A stretch of 59,686 nucleotides of DNA, counting the filler. It is 6 parts of 6 records of this genome, joined end to end, with 100 filler letters (N's around TTAATTAATTAA, not from the genome) between each part and the next. Parts side by side here need not be neighbours in the genome. Positions count along the whole stretch, not along the records: positions 30,215 to 36,432 come from DRR723986_8284; positions 36,533 to 47,368 come from DRR723986_8285; 4 more parts are not named here. One strand, written 5' to 3'. Positions within the stretch are counted from its first letter, which is position 1. Every line of letters starts with the position of its first letter. Both the position numbers and the translations under genes were made by a program. The notes beneath the pieces are model-generated. The model was not told the DNA's origin and did not search any database. It saw only the letters and a list, made by a program, of their open reading frames with translations. Positions 30,290-40,569 of the stretch are shown piece by piece.

Positions 30290-31221
30290 TTCGCGGTCAC
30301 ATCGATGGTGATGGCATCCACAGGATTGATGCTGTCGATCATTCCCTTGTCATTCAGGAACGTCTCAAACCGTGCATAACGACCGTGATCGAAACCAGCA
30401 GGGCGCAGCGCGAAACGTGGCAAGGTGTCCACCCAAGCGCGGGCATTCAGCTCATCTTGCAGCTCGGTCGAAGTGCCCGAGAACACCTTCCAGCTTGCTT
30501 CGGGGTTATTGACCATAAACTGGGTCGCTTTTTCAGTCGCAGCCAGAAAACGTGCAATCTTGTCTTCATCCATTTTTTCAGGATTGGCAACATAGATCAG
30601 CTCATCATAAGCTGGTACGCCCTCTTCTTCGATATAGAAACAAGTGCCGGGGTGGCCTTCGATATCCATCTGGTTCAGCTCAAAGTTCCGGTAGGCACCG
30701 ATAACAGCATCCACCTGACCTGACATCAGCGACGGCGACAACGAGAAGTTGACGTTGATCATTTCGACATCGCTCAGCGCCACGTCGTATTTACCTAGAA
30801 CGGTGCCTAGAACCGCCTCTTCCACACCTGCGACCGAGAACCCGATTTTCTTGCCCTTTAGGTCAGCGGGGGTTTTGATTGGGCCGTCTTTCAGAACCAG
30901 CAAACAGTTCAAGGGGGTCGCAACCAAAGTTCCAACACGTTTGAGTGGCAGGCCTTCGTGGATCTGAAGATGCAATTGCGGCTGATAAGAAACCGCCAGA
31001 TCGGCCTGACCAGCCGCCACCAGACGGGGCGGAGCAGAGGGGTCTGCCGGGGCCACGATTTCGACCTCAAGCCCCTGATCCGCAAAGTAGCCGTTTTCCT
31101 GCGCCACAATAATCGGGCCATGGTCGGGGTTGATGAACCAATCCAGCAGGACGGTCATTTTATCGGCGGCCATCGCCGGGGTCGCTGCAAACAGCGCCAG
31201 TGCCGTAACCAGTTTTTTCAT
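30286..31221 (-). CDS. NMT1/THI5-family (ThiY-like) pyrimidine-precursor ABC substrate-binding protein
   Basis: Signal peptide; LDWFINPDHGP, AVSYQP, GAYRNFE. Confidence 0.85.
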   Translation of the reverse strand: MKKLVTALALFAATPAMAADKMTVLLDWFINPDHGPIIVAQENGYFADQGLEVEIVAPADPSAPPRLVAAGQADLAVSYQPQLHLQIHEGLPLKRVGTLVATPLNCLLVLKDGPIKTPADLKGKKIGFSVAGVEEAVLGTVLGKYDVALSDVEMINVNFSLSPSLMSGQVDAVIGAYRNFELNQMDIEGHPGTCFYIEEEGVPAYDELIYVANPEKMDEDKIARFLAATEKATQFMVNNPEASWKVFSGTSTELQDELNARAWVDTLPRFALRPAGFDHGRYARFETFLNDKGMIDSINPVDAITIDVTAK

Positions 31222-31242
31222 GTTCGCGTTTCCTTTTGAGTA

Positions 31243-32208
31243 TTAGGAGGTAGCAGCCGCGACGAGAACAATTTCGCCGGGCCAATTTTGTTGAATGCGT
31301 TCTGCCGTGCGCCAAGCCCGCAGGCCTGTTGCGCAACACAACGCAATGCGCGCGCTGGGGTCAGGAAGGTGGTTCAGTACCTCATCCGGTGGAATACGGT
31401 TTGCGGTGGGTAAGATCGGGTCGAGGGCCTCGTCCACGCCACGCAATTCGATGATAAAATCGCTATCGGTCAGCTCTGACGGCGTAACAAACGACAGGAT
31501 CTGATCTGGCTCGGGCGCGCCGTCGAAACGAAACGCCGTACTGCGATAGGATTGCGCATCAAACTGCACCATCTGGCCCAGTGGAGAGGGATCAAACCCC
31601 AACAGCACGGCCAATGTCATCTGCGCCTGTATCGCGCCGATCAGACCAACAACCGGCCCTAATACGCCAGCAGTGGCACAGCTTGCTCCGCTGTCCGGCG
31701 CGTCGGGGAACACAGCGCGCACCGACGGTGCACCACCACAAAACCCACCGACGTATCCGCCCATGCCCAACACTGATGCGCTGATCAGGGGTTTACTCAA
31801 TGTCCGGCAGGTATCGCTTAGCGTATAGGTCGCCGCATAGCTATCGGCACAATCCAGAACCACATCAGATTGCCCAATCAAGTAAGCGGCATTTTCGCTT
31901 GTTAGAGTCTGTTTCTTTGCAATTACAGTGATGTCACTGTTCAATTTCTGGCAACGTTCTGCTGCGGCTTGCGCTTTGGGGCGATCACAGTCCCCCTCAG
32001 AAAACAACGTCTGACGGTGCAGGTTTGACAGCGCAACCGTATCCCCATCCACAATTGTCATATGGCCGACACCAGCCCCTGCAAGCAAAGGCAGAACGGG
32101 GGCTGCCAAACCACCAGCACCGATCACCAAAACTCGCGCTGCCGACAGGCGCGCCTGTCCCGCTGCCCCAACTTGGGGCAGGATCATCTGACGGGCATAC
32201 CGGTTCAC
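31243..32208 (-). CDS. thiF: ThiF/MoeB adenylyltransferase with C-terminal rhodanese-like extension
   Basis: RYARQMIL, GAGGL, SNLHRQ, SCATAGVLGP; tail IIELR...LCCATGLRA. Confidence 0.85.
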   Translation of the reverse strand: MNRYARQMILPQVGAAGQARLSAARVLVIGAGGLAAPVLPLLAGAGVGHMTIVDGDTVALSNLHRQTLFSEGDCDRPKAQAAAERCQKLNSDITVIAKKQTLTSENAAYLIGQSDVVLDCADSYAATYTLSDTCRTLSKPLISASVLGMGGYVGGFCGGAPSVRAVFPDAPDSGASCATAGVLGPVVGLIGAIQAQMTLAVLLGFDPSPLGQMVQFDAQSYRSTAFRFDGAPEPDQILSFVTPSELTDSDFIIELRGVDEALDPILPTANRIPPDEVLNHLPDPSARIALCCATGLRAWRTAERIQQNWPGEIVLVAAATS

Positions 32209-32801
32209 CGTGTTACCTCGATCCATTGACGCACGCGGGCTTCGGGGTCCGTGTTGAGGGTAATGTCAGTCACGGCAGACACGATGTCCGCACCGGCCTG
32301 CAAAACACCAGGCGCACGCTCAACGCTCATTCCGCCGATCCCGACCAGTGGGATATCCCCAACCCGCTGTTTCCATTCTGTGACACGTGGCAGGCCCTGC
32401 TGGTGCCATTTCATCTTTTTCAGGATGGTCGGATAGACCGGACCCAAGGCCACATAGGCTGGATTCATAGCAAGAACTCGTTCCAGCTCATCGTCATCAT
32501 GCGTAGAAACGCCTAACTTTAGACCCGCTTTTTGGATAGCTTTCAGATCAGCCTCGTCCAAATCCTCTTGCCCCAGATGCAGCCACTCCACACCCAGATC
32601 AATGGCTGCCTGCCAATAGTCATTGATAACTAGAACACACCCGTATTGGGCACACAGGTCCTGCCCTTTGGCGATCTGTTCGCGGATTATCGCATCCGAT
32701 TGATCCTTGATCCGCAGTTGCACCAATTTGATGCCCAGAGGCAGCATCCGTTCCAACCAATCCGTATGATCAAAAATGGGATAAAAACGATCAAGGCTCA
32801 T
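32205..32801 (-). CDS. thiE: Thiamine-phosphate synthase
   Basis: [31 protein letters not shown]. Confidence 0.93.
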   Translation of the reverse strand: MSLDRFYPIFDHTDWLERMLPLGIKLVQLRIKDQSDAIIREQIAKGQDLCAQYGCVLVINDYWQAAIDLGVEWLHLGQEDLDEADLKAIQKAGLKLGVSTHDDDELERVLAMNPAYVALGPVYPTILKKMKWHQQGLPRVTEWKQRVGDIPLVGIGGMSVERAPGVLQAGADIVSAVTDITLNTDPEARVRQWIEVTR

Positions 32802-33562
32802 GACAAAAATGCCTTTCCTATTACGGGGGTTGAGGCTTCGGCCATATCGCGGGCCTCGATCGGGTCAGCTTCATAAGCCAAACGTCCCGCTTCGACGGCC
32901 AAGGCCATGCCTTTGGCCATCATTTGCGGTTCACCCGCGCGGGCAACCGCCGTGTTCAGCAGAACCGCGTCATATCCCAATTCCATTGCATGTGCGGCAT
33001 GGGAAGGGCGGCCAATTCCAGCATCTACAACCAGCGGAATATCTGGAAACTCAGACCGCATCGCGCGCAGGGCATATTCGTTGTTCAGCCCCCGGCCAGA
33101 TCCAATTGGTGCCCCCCAAGGCATTAGCACTTCGCATCCTGCCTCGAGCAGACGTTCGCCCACAATCAGATCATCCGTGGTATAGGGAAAGACCTGAAAT
33201 CCGTCATCGGTCAGTATGCGCGCGCCTTCGACCAGCTGAAACACGTCAGGTTGCAGGCTGTCAGTATGTCCGATGAGTTCCAGCTTGATCCAACGGGTGT
33301 CAAACACCTCGCGGGCCATATGAGCGGTTGTGACCGCTTCTTTCACTGTGTGGCATCCGGCCGTGTTTGGCAGGATGTGCACACCCAAATCCTGGATCAT
33401 CTGCCAGAAGGTCTGCCCTGCACCGCCTTCACGGCGCAATGATACCGTTGCCACGCCTGCGCCGCTATCGCGAAACGCCTGTTCCAAAATGGCGGGGCTA
33501 GGATATTGCGCTGTACCCAACATCAAAGGGTTCGCCAATTCCGTCCCATAAAAGGTCCGCAT
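32798..33562 (-). CDS. thiG: Thiazole synthase
   Basis: [38 protein letters not shown]. Confidence 0.95.
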   Translation of the reverse strand: MRTFYGTELANPLMLGTAQYPSPAILEQAFRDSGAGVATVSLRREGGAGQTFWQMIQDLGVHILPNTAGCHTVKEAVTTAHMAREVFDTRWIKLELIGHTDSLQPDVFQLVEGARILTDDGFQVFPYTTDDLIVGERLLEAGCEVLMPWGAPIGSGRGLNNEYALRAMRSEFPDIPLVVDAGIGRPSHAAHAMELGYDAVLLNTAVARAGEPQMMAKGMALAVEAGRLAYEADPIEARDMAEASTPVIGKAFLS

Positions 33563-33565
33563 CCC

Positions 33566-33760
33566 TCAGCCCCCCTGCATCGGCGCGAGCACTTCGACCC
33601 GGTCGCCATCATTCAACATATGCGTGCTGCGCAAGGACGCGGGTACAAACCCTTCGTTTACGGCCGTAGCAACGCGGCCTGAAAAGCCACACTCCTCAAG
33701 CAAAGCAGACAAGGTTTCAGCGACCACGACACGGGGTTCGCCATTAAGCACGATCTTCAT
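33566..33760 (-). CDS. thiS: Sulfur carrier protein ThiS
   Basis: MKIVLNGE...VATAVN..FVP...GDRVEVLAPMQGG (C-terminal GG). Confidence 0.93.
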   Translation of the reverse strand: MKIVLNGEPRVVVAETLSALLEECGFSGRVATAVNEGFVPASLRSTHMLNDGDRVEVLAPMQGG

Positions 33761-34721
33761 CGACCATCTCCGAATGTTTATTGTCCAGCACCAGATCCGC
33801 CACGCCTTGCGCCAAAGCAGGCGCAAGCAAATAGCCGTGACGATAGAGACCGTTCGCGTAAACGGTGCGCCCCAAGCGTCGAATTCGGGGCAGATTATCA
33901 GCAAAGGCAGGCCGAAGATCTACACCGATTTCGAGCACTTCAGCCTCTCCAAAGGCGGGATTCAAGGCATAGGCCGCACTCAGCAATTCCAGCATTGAAC
34001 GGGCGGTGATCCGGCTGCTATCTTCGCTTTCAATCATTGTCGCACCCAGCATATAGACCCCATCCCCACGCGGTACGATGTACAGCGGCATGCGGGGGTG
34101 AAGCAGACGAATAGGCCGCGTTAGAGACACATCTGGGCAACGGATGATCAACATCTCGCCTTTAACGCCGCGCAGATCGTGCAACGTGTCACGGGCATGC
34201 AAGCCCCGACAATCCACAGCTAGAGGCAATCCTGGAGGTGCAGGTTTTCGGTGAAATGTGACCTGATTGGCGATCAACCCACGATAGAGATCTTGCAGGG
34301 CCTTACGGGGATCAAGATGCGCCTCTTGATCAAAGAGCAGCCCCTTACCAAAACGCGTTAGGTCAGGCTCTAATTTGGCTATTTCTTCACGAGTTACCTC
34401 CGAATATGCCTCGGTCCGACGTGCGAAACGACGTAGATCTGGCAGATCTCTGGCGTTGGCAACCACTAGTGTCCCCTTGCGCGTGACCTCGGTTTTGCTT
34501 GCCCACCACTCGATGGCTTTTTGCCCCAATCGCAGAACGGGTTCTTCGGCGTTTTCAAACTCACACCATGGGGCCAGCATGCCGCCCGCCCACCAAGAAC
34601 AGCCATGCGGGCCCGGCGGGCCCGCCGGATCGTACACGTCAACCTTTGCCCCCCGTGCGACCAATTCGGTTGCAACAGCAAGACCGGCAACACCGGCGCC
34701 TATGACGGCAACATCGCTCAT
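33744..34721 (-). CDS. thiO: Glycine oxidase ThiO
   Basis: GAGVAG, SWWAGGMLAP, RGVKGE, NGLYRHG. Confidence 0.92.
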   Translation of the reverse strand: MSDVAVIGAGVAGLAVATELVARGAKVDVYDPAGPPGPHGCSWWAGGMLAPWCEFENAEEPVLRLGQKAIEWWASKTEVTRKGTLVVANARDLPDLRRFARRTEAYSEVTREEIAKLEPDLTRFGKGLLFDQEAHLDPRKALQDLYRGLIANQVTFHRKPAPPGLPLAVDCRGLHARDTLHDLRGVKGEMLIIRCPDVSLTRPIRLLHPRMPLYIVPRGDGVYMLGATMIESEDSSRITARSMLELLSAAYALNPAFGEAEVLEIGVDLRPAFADNLPRIRRLGRTVYANGLYRHGYLLAPALAQGVADLVLDNKHSEMVDEDRA

Positions 34722-35518
34722 CCCCAAATCCGATGGAAATGATGCACTGGGCCGTGACCATGGCCCACGCCCAAGGTATCGGCTTGCGCAATTGCACCCT
34801 GGAGATAATCATGCGCACCTTTTATCGCATCTGGCAGATCCAAGCCTTTGGCCAAACCAGCAGCGATCGATGAGGATAGCGTACAGCCTGTGCCATGTGT
34901 GTTCTTGGTCTCGCGCCGGGGTGCGCTATAATCCCCCAGAATGGTGTCGGCAGATACCAGCAAATCGTGACACACAGCCCCTTCGGCATGTCCACCTTTC
35001 ATCAGAACCGCCTGTGCCCCTAAGCCACAAAGCGCCGCCCCTTGTTGAGCCATTTCAGCGGGAGTCTCTGCGACCATGCATTCTAACAAACAGGCAGCTT
35101 CAGGTAAATTCGGTGTTAGGACTGTCGCGCGTGGCAGCAACACATCGCGCAATGTTTGCACAGCCTCTCGCGCCAACAAAGCATCCCCGGATTTGGCAAT
35201 CATCACCGGGTCCAGCACAATCGGCCCAGAAAAACTGGCAATGCCATCGGCAACGGTTTGAATAATCTCTGGTGTGGCCAGCATGCCAATCTTGATGGCC
35301 CCGACATTCAGATCAGACAGCACTGCATCGATCTGGGCCGCGATCACGTCCAAAGGAATGCCATGCACAGCCGTCACAGCCTGTGTATTTTGTGCGGTCA
35401 CCGCGGTAATGACACTGGCACCATACACGCCCAACGCTGACATCGCCTTGAGATCAGCCTGAATACCGGCCCCGCCTCCGCTATCAGATCCTGCAATTGT
35501 TAGGGCGATTTGTGCCAT
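34718..35518 (-). CDS. thiD: Hydroxymethylpyrimidine/phosphomethylpyrimidine kinase
   Basis: TIAGSDSGGGAGIQADLK, TPNLPEA, KGGH, NTHGTGCTLS. Confidence 0.95.
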   Translation of the reverse strand: MAQIALTIAGSDSGGGAGIQADLKAMSALGVYGASVITAVTAQNTQAVTAVHGIPLDVIAAQIDAVLSDLNVGAIKIGMLATPEIIQTVADGIASFSGPIVLDPVMIAKSGDALLAREAVQTLRDVLLPRATVLTPNLPEAACLLECMVAETPAEMAQQGAALCGLGAQAVLMKGGHAEGAVCHDLLVSADTILGDYSAPRRETKNTHGTGCTLSSSIAAGLAKGLDLPDAIKGAHDYLQGAIAQADTLGVGHGHGPVHHFHRIWG

Positions 35519-35579
35519 ATGCTGCTCCACCAAAATAAAGGGGCAACGCCGGGCACGGGAGGGTCGTCTTGACACATTT

Positions 35580-35665
35580 ACCGTTTCCTACGCCGGAATT
35601 GCCCGGATCAGGTTCGATGGGTTAATGCGCAAACATCTCTCAGCCTAAGAAGGCACCCCAACGGT
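35580..35665 (-). ncRNA. TPP riboswitch
   Basis: Minus strand ACCGTTGGGGTGCC..GGCTGAGA...AACCCATCGAACCTGATCCGGGCAATTCCGGCGTAGGAAACGGT: conserved CTGAGA, ACCTGA and GCGTAGG, P1 ACCGTT/AACGGT; upstream of thiD. Confidence 0.93.
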
Positions 35666-35756
35666 TGCCTGTACATCTCAGGGGTTGGAGGGGGATTCAA
35701 TATCCAAAATGTACATTCTGAACAGCAAAACTGGACTTATCATTAGGTCCAGTTTC

Positions 35757-35794
35757 AAAAAGGGCCGCCCTTTTGACGGGACGGCCCTTATTTT
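35757..35794 (-). terminator. Intrinsic terminator after dnaJ
   Basis: AAAAAGGGCCG...CGGCCCTTATTTT inverted repeat with A/T flanks. Confidence 0.7.
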
Positions 35795-35810
35795 CAGTGT
35801 CAGTGAGGGA

Positions 35811-36432
35811 TCAACCCTTCATGCCATCCCAAAAAGATTTGACGGATGAAAAGAACGATTTGCTCTCTGGGTTGTTGTCTTCGCTCAGATCCTCGAACTC
35901 TTGCAGGATCTCTTTTTGGCGGGCTGTCAAATTGACCGGCGTTTCGACGGCCAGTTCAATGAACATATCCCCGACGCCTGCACCTCGAAGGGCTGGCATA
36001 CCTTTGCCACGCAAACGCATCTGACGCCCCGATTGGCTGCCGCCCGGGATCTGCACCCGACCACGGCCACCGTCAATCGTGGGAACTTCGATCGCCCCGC
36101 CCAACGCAGCCTTGGCCATAGACACAGGAACACGACAATAAAGGTTCACACCATCGCGTTCGAACAGATCGTGCTGTGTCACCTCAACAAAGATGTAGAG
36201 ATCACCAGGAGGTCCGCCGCGCATGCCTGCTTCGCCTTCACCGGCAAGACGAATCCGCGTACCGGTTTCAACGCCAACAGGAATGTTGACAGACAGCGCA
36301 CGGTCCTTTTCGACACGGCCCGCACCCTGACACGATTTACATGGGTTCTTGATGATCTGACCCAAGCCCGAACAGGTCGGGCAGGTCCGTTCAACCGTAA
36401 AGAAGCCCTGCTGTGCGCGAACCTTGCCCATG
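35811..36432 (-). CDS. dnaJ: Chaperone DnaJ, 3' part
   Basis: [16 protein letters not shown] zinc fingers; GDLY, LRGKG, PESKSFF. Confidence 0.95.
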
Positions 36433-36532
36433 NNNNNNNNNNNNNNNNNNNNNNNNNNNNNNNNNNNNNNNNNNNNTTAATTAATTAANNNNNNNNNNNN
36501 NNNNNNNNNNNNNNNNNNNNNNNNNNNNNNNN

Positions 36533-37124
36533 GCTTTTTCTTCGCTTTCATGATGTTGGGCAAGGAAGCATAGCGCGGCTCGTTCAGGCGCAGGTCGGTG
36601 GTCACGATCGCCGGCAGGCTTAGGCTTACCGTCTGCAGCCCACCGTCAACCTCACGGGTCACTGACAGCTTGTCGCCATCGACTTTTACTTCGGAGGCAA
36701 AAGTGCCCTGGGGCATATTGGCCAGTGCGCCGAGCATTTGTCCGGTCTGGTTGTTGTCACCATCGATGGACTGCTTGCCGAGGATGACCAGCTGCGGCTG
36801 TTCCTTCTCGACGATGCCCTTGAGCAGCTTGGCTACTACCAGCGGCTCGACAGCACCACCGGTCTCGACCTGAATGCCACGGTCGGCGCCGAGTGCCAGG
36901 GCGGTACGGATCTGTTCCTGGCAGGACTTGTCACCGATAGATACAGCAATCACCTCGGTCGCGGTGCCCGCTTCCTTCAGGCGCACTGCTTCTTCTACGG
37001 CGATTTCACAGAACGGGTTGATCGACATCTTGACGTTGTTCAAGTCAACGTCGGAGCCATCGGCTTTGGCGCGGACCTTGACGTTGTAGTCAACCACGCG
37101 CTTTACGGCAACGAGTACCTTCAT
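36533..37124 (-). CDS. etfB: Electron transfer flavoprotein beta subunit, truncated
   Basis: [50 protein letters not shown]. Confidence 0.95.
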
Positions 37125-37394
37125 GGAGTCTCCACAGGCGTTTGGGGGTGAGTTTCGGGGCTATGGCATACAAAATATGGCCAGACCCGCATCGAGTCGG
37201 CGGGCTATGTTGCCGCCATTCGAAAGACAGGTCAATAGCCATCGGTGACACCGAAATTGACCGAGGACAACAAAACAACACGCCTTGAGCGGCTGGCGCG
37301 TGTGGTTTTTTATCGTTGAAATTTATATACTTACGCCCCTTTACGGGGTTCTTCCCGAGACTTTTCGCCCGCCATACCGAGATAGGAGCCAACC

Positions 37395-39047
37395 GTGGAA
37401 CGAGAATCAATGGAGTTTGATGTGGTCATCGTGGGCGCCGGCCCGGCGGGCCTCTCGGCCGCCTGTCGGATCATGCAATTGGCCCAGGAGCAAGACCGCG
37501 AAGTCACTGTCTGTGTCGTGGAGAAAGGCTCTGAAGTCGGCGCCCATATCCTCTCCGGCGCGGTGCTGGAACCTCGCGCACTGGACGAGTTGTTCCCCAA
37601 CTGGAAGGAGATGGGCGCTCCGCTCAATACCGCGGTAACCGGTGATAACTTCTTCTTCTATACCAGCGGCAAGGGCGCTATCAAGCTGCCTAACTTCCTG
37701 ATTCCCAAGCCGACCCACAATGACGGCAACTACATCGTATCGATGGGTAATGTCTGCCGCTGGCTGGCAGAACAGGCCGAGGGTCTCGGGGTGGAGGTAT
37801 ATCCCGGGTTTGCGGCTTCCGAAGTCCTGTTCCACGAGGACGGCCGGGTCAAGGGTATCGCCACGGGTGACATGGGTATCAGCGCTGCGGGCGAGCAGAA
37901 GGACAGCTACATGCCGGGCATGGAGCTGCACGCTAAATACACCCTGTTTGCCGAGGGCTGTCGCGGACACCTGGGTAAGCAGTTGATCCGGCAGCTGAAG
38001 CTGGATGAGGGCAAGGATCCCCAGCACTACGGCATCGGCATCAAGGAAATCTGGGAAATACCCGCTGATAAACACCAGCAAGGCCTGGTGGTACACGGCC
38101 TGGGCTGGCCCCTGAGCGAAAGCGGCTCAAGCGGCGGCGCCTTCCTCTACCACGCGGACAGCAACCAGGTTTACATCGGCCTGATTACTGACCTCAATTA
38201 CAGCAACCCGCACGTCAGCCCCTATGAGGAGTTCCAACGCTGGAAGCACCACCCCGAAACCCTCAAGTATCTGGAAGGCGGCACCCGCCTGAGCTATGGC
38301 GCCCGCGCAATCGCCAAGGGCGGCCTGAACTCGCTGCCCAGGATGCACTTCCCCGGCGGCCTGCTGATCGGCTGTGACGCGGGCACCCTGAACAGCGTCA
38401 AGATCAAGGGCAACCACACCGCCATGAAGAGTGGCCTGCTGGCAGCCGAAAGCGTGGTCGAGGCGCTGCTGCAGGGCGATGCGGCGCCTGCGGAGCTCAC
38501 CGGCTACGCCGACCGGATTCGCGGCTCATGGCTGCACGACGAGCTCTACAGCACCCGTAACTTCTCCGGCTTCATGCACAAGTTCGGCTTCATGCTGGGC
38601 TCGGCAATGGTGTGGATAGACCAGACCCTGTTCCGCGGCAAGCTGCCCTTCACCCTCAATGACCGGACGCCGGATTACGCCACGCTGAAGCCGGCCGCCG
38701 AGTGCAAGAAGATCGACTATCCCAAGCCGGACAACAGCATCAGCTTTGACCGCCTGTCCTCGGTGTTCCTGTCCAATACCAACCATGAGGAAGATCAGCC
38801 CTGCCACCTCACGCTGGCAGATCCGTCGATTCCCCTCGCCCAGAACCTGCCCATGTACGATGAGCCGGCGCAGCGCTATTGCCCGGCCGGGGTCTACGAA
38901 ATCGTGGAAGATGGCAGCGGTCAGCGGTTCCAGATCAACGCCCAGAACTGCGTCCACTGTAAAACCTGTGACATCAAGGATCCGGCCCAGAATATCAACT
39001 GGGTGGCGCCAGAGGGCTTTGGCGGGCCGAACTACCCGAATATGTAA
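37395..39047 (+). CDS. ETF-ubiquinone oxidoreductase
   Basis: ERESMEFDVVIVGAGPAG, GAHILSGA, C-terminal CPAGVYE and NCVHCKTCDIKDP. Confidence 0.95.
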   Translation: MERESMEFDVVIVGAGPAGLSAACRIMQLAQEQDREVTVCVVEKGSEVGAHILSGAVLEPRALDELFPNWKEMGAPLNTAVTGDNFFFYTSGKGAIKLPNFLIPKPTHNDGNYIVSMGNVCRWLAEQAEGLGVEVYPGFAASEVLFHEDGRVKGIATGDMGISAAGEQKDSYMPGMELHAKYTLFAEGCRGHLGKQLIRQLKLDEGKDPQHYGIGIKEIWEIPADKHQQGLVVHGLGWPLSESGSSGGAFLYHADSNQVYIGLITDLNYSNPHVSPYEEFQRWKHHPETLKYLEGGTRLSYGARAIAKGGLNSLPRMHFPGGLLIGCDAGTLNSVKIKGNHTAMKSGLLAAESVVEALLQGDAAPAELTGYADRIRGSWLHDELYSTRNFSGFMHKFGFMLGSAMVWIDQTLFRGKLPFTLNDRTPDYATLKPAAECKKIDYPKPDNSISFDRLSSVFLSNTNHEEDQPCHLTLADPSIPLAQNLPMYDEPAQRYCPAGVYEIVEDGSGQRFQINAQNCVHCKTCDIKDPAQNINWVAPEGFGGPNYPNM

Positions 39048-39113
39048 GGGTGTTCCCGGGGGTGTGGCGCCCTGCCCGCCCCGGTCAGCTTGCCTGGCTC
39101 ATGCCAGTTCCCG

Positions 39114-39647
39114 CTACGCCTGTTCCGCCAGCCGGAACGCTATGCCCTGGCTGGTGACAATCCCCTCGTCATCGGCCAGCGCTACCAACTGATACCAGGC
39201 ATTACGATTGCACAGCGCGCTCAGGCCATGGTCCAGCCGGATGGCAGCGATGCCATCACAGTCCGGGTCCAGGAACAGCGGATGCTGCTGATCAACGACA
39301 ACCCGCTTACCGGTATTCAAGCCAAGCTGCAGCTCAGGGCCGTCCGGAGTCTGCACGCCGTCAACGGCGACGACCAGCAGCGGATGTTGCTCCACCCGGA
39401 TACGCCACTTTTCCGCAGGGGTTACCAGGTAGTAGTCGCCGTCGTCCTCCCGACGCAGGATGCTGGCGAATAGCCTGACAATCGCGTCCCGCTTGATCGG
39501 ACGACCCTCATGGAACCACTGGCCATCCCTGGCAATGCGGATGTCGATGTCACCGGATAGCGCCGGATGCCAGAGGTGCAGCGGCGGAGCCTCCAGATTA
39601 CGTGGACCTGCAAGCCGTTGTTCGATTCGCTCCAGCGATTCCTTCAT
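39114..39647 (-). CDS. DUF1285-family protein
   Basis: PPLHLWHP..GDIDIRIARDGQWFHEG..I.R..VRLFASIL..YYLVTPAEK. Confidence 0.85.
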   Translation of the reverse strand: MKESLERIEQRLAGPRNLEAPPLHLWHPALSGDIDIRIARDGQWFHEGRPIKRDAIVRLFASILRREDDGDYYLVTPAEKWRIRVEQHPLLVVAVDGVQTPDGPELQLGLNTGKRVVVDQQHPLFLDPDCDGIAAIRLDHGLSALCNRNAWYQLVALADDEGIVTSQGIAFRLAEQA

Positions 39648-39717
39648 GACCTATTCCTCTGGCAGTGCGCAGCGCCCTGCGTTATAACGAAGTTTCACAC
39701 CGCAAGCCAGGAAACCC

Positions 39718-40569
39718 ATGATCAACTGGATTCGCACCGCTGTCATCAGCTGGCTACAGCACAAGAAGCCTTTGCCCAGCACACCACTGAGCGACTTCGA
39801 ACGCATCCGCCATGAGGTCAAGCCCTGCGATGTCATCCTGGTGGAGGGTCGTTCCCGGGTCAGTGAGGTGATCAAGCTCGTTACCCAGAGTAGCTGGTCC
39901 CATGCGGTGCTGTATATCGGTCGCCTGCACGATATCGAAGATCCGCTGCTGAAAGACAGTCTCAGACATCATTACATCGGCACGGCAGACAAGCAGCTGA
40001 TCATCGAGAGCGAACTGGGCATGGGCACAGTCGTACGACCGCTGACCGTCTACGAAGGCGAGCATTTGCGTATCTGCCGCCCGCGCGGGCTGCGCTACAA
40101 CGATAGCCAGAAGGTGGTGAAGTACGCCATAGGCCGCCTGGGCACGGCCTACGACGTGCGCCAGATCTTCGACCTGCTGCGCTTCCTGTTTCCATGGTTC
40201 ATCATGCCGCGACGCTGGCGGTCGAGCCTGTTCAGCGTCAATCCCGGTGAGAGCACGCACACAGTCTGCTCGACAATGATTGCCGAGGCATTTGGCAGTA
40301 TCAGCTTCCCGATCTTGCCGCTGGTCAAGCGTATCGAAGGCGGTCTCGTACGGATCTATATGCGCAACCCGAAACTGTGCGTACCCAGTGACTTCGACTA
40401 TTCACCGTATTTTGACATCATCAAGTACCCCTTCCTCGACCTGCATAATTACGCCGAGCAGCGCCTGTCACCCTGGAGCGGCGCGGGGGAACTGACTGAA
40501 GAAGAGAGGAGTCTGTATGTTGTGACCGACGCCGGGGAACCCCCGGAGCCGGCCGCAAGCGAGCGCTAA
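39718..40569 (+). CDS. YiiX/YebB-like permuted papain (NlpC/P60) amidase
   Basis: DVILVEGRSR, SSWSHAVLY, CSTMIAEAF (His before Cys). Confidence 0.8.
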   Translation: MINWIRTAVISWLQHKKPLPSTPLSDFERIRHEVKPCDVILVEGRSRVSEVIKLVTQSSWSHAVLYIGRLHDIEDPLLKDSLRHHYIGTADKQLIIESELGMGTVVRPLTVYEGEHLRICRPRGLRYNDSQKVVKYAIGRLGTAYDVRQIFDLLRFLFPWFIMPRRWRSSLFSVNPGESTHTVCSTMIAEAFGSISFPILPLVKRIEGGLVRIYMRNPKLCVPSDFDYSPYFDIIKYPFLDLHNYAEQRLSPWSGAGELTEEERSLYVVTDAGEPPEPAASER

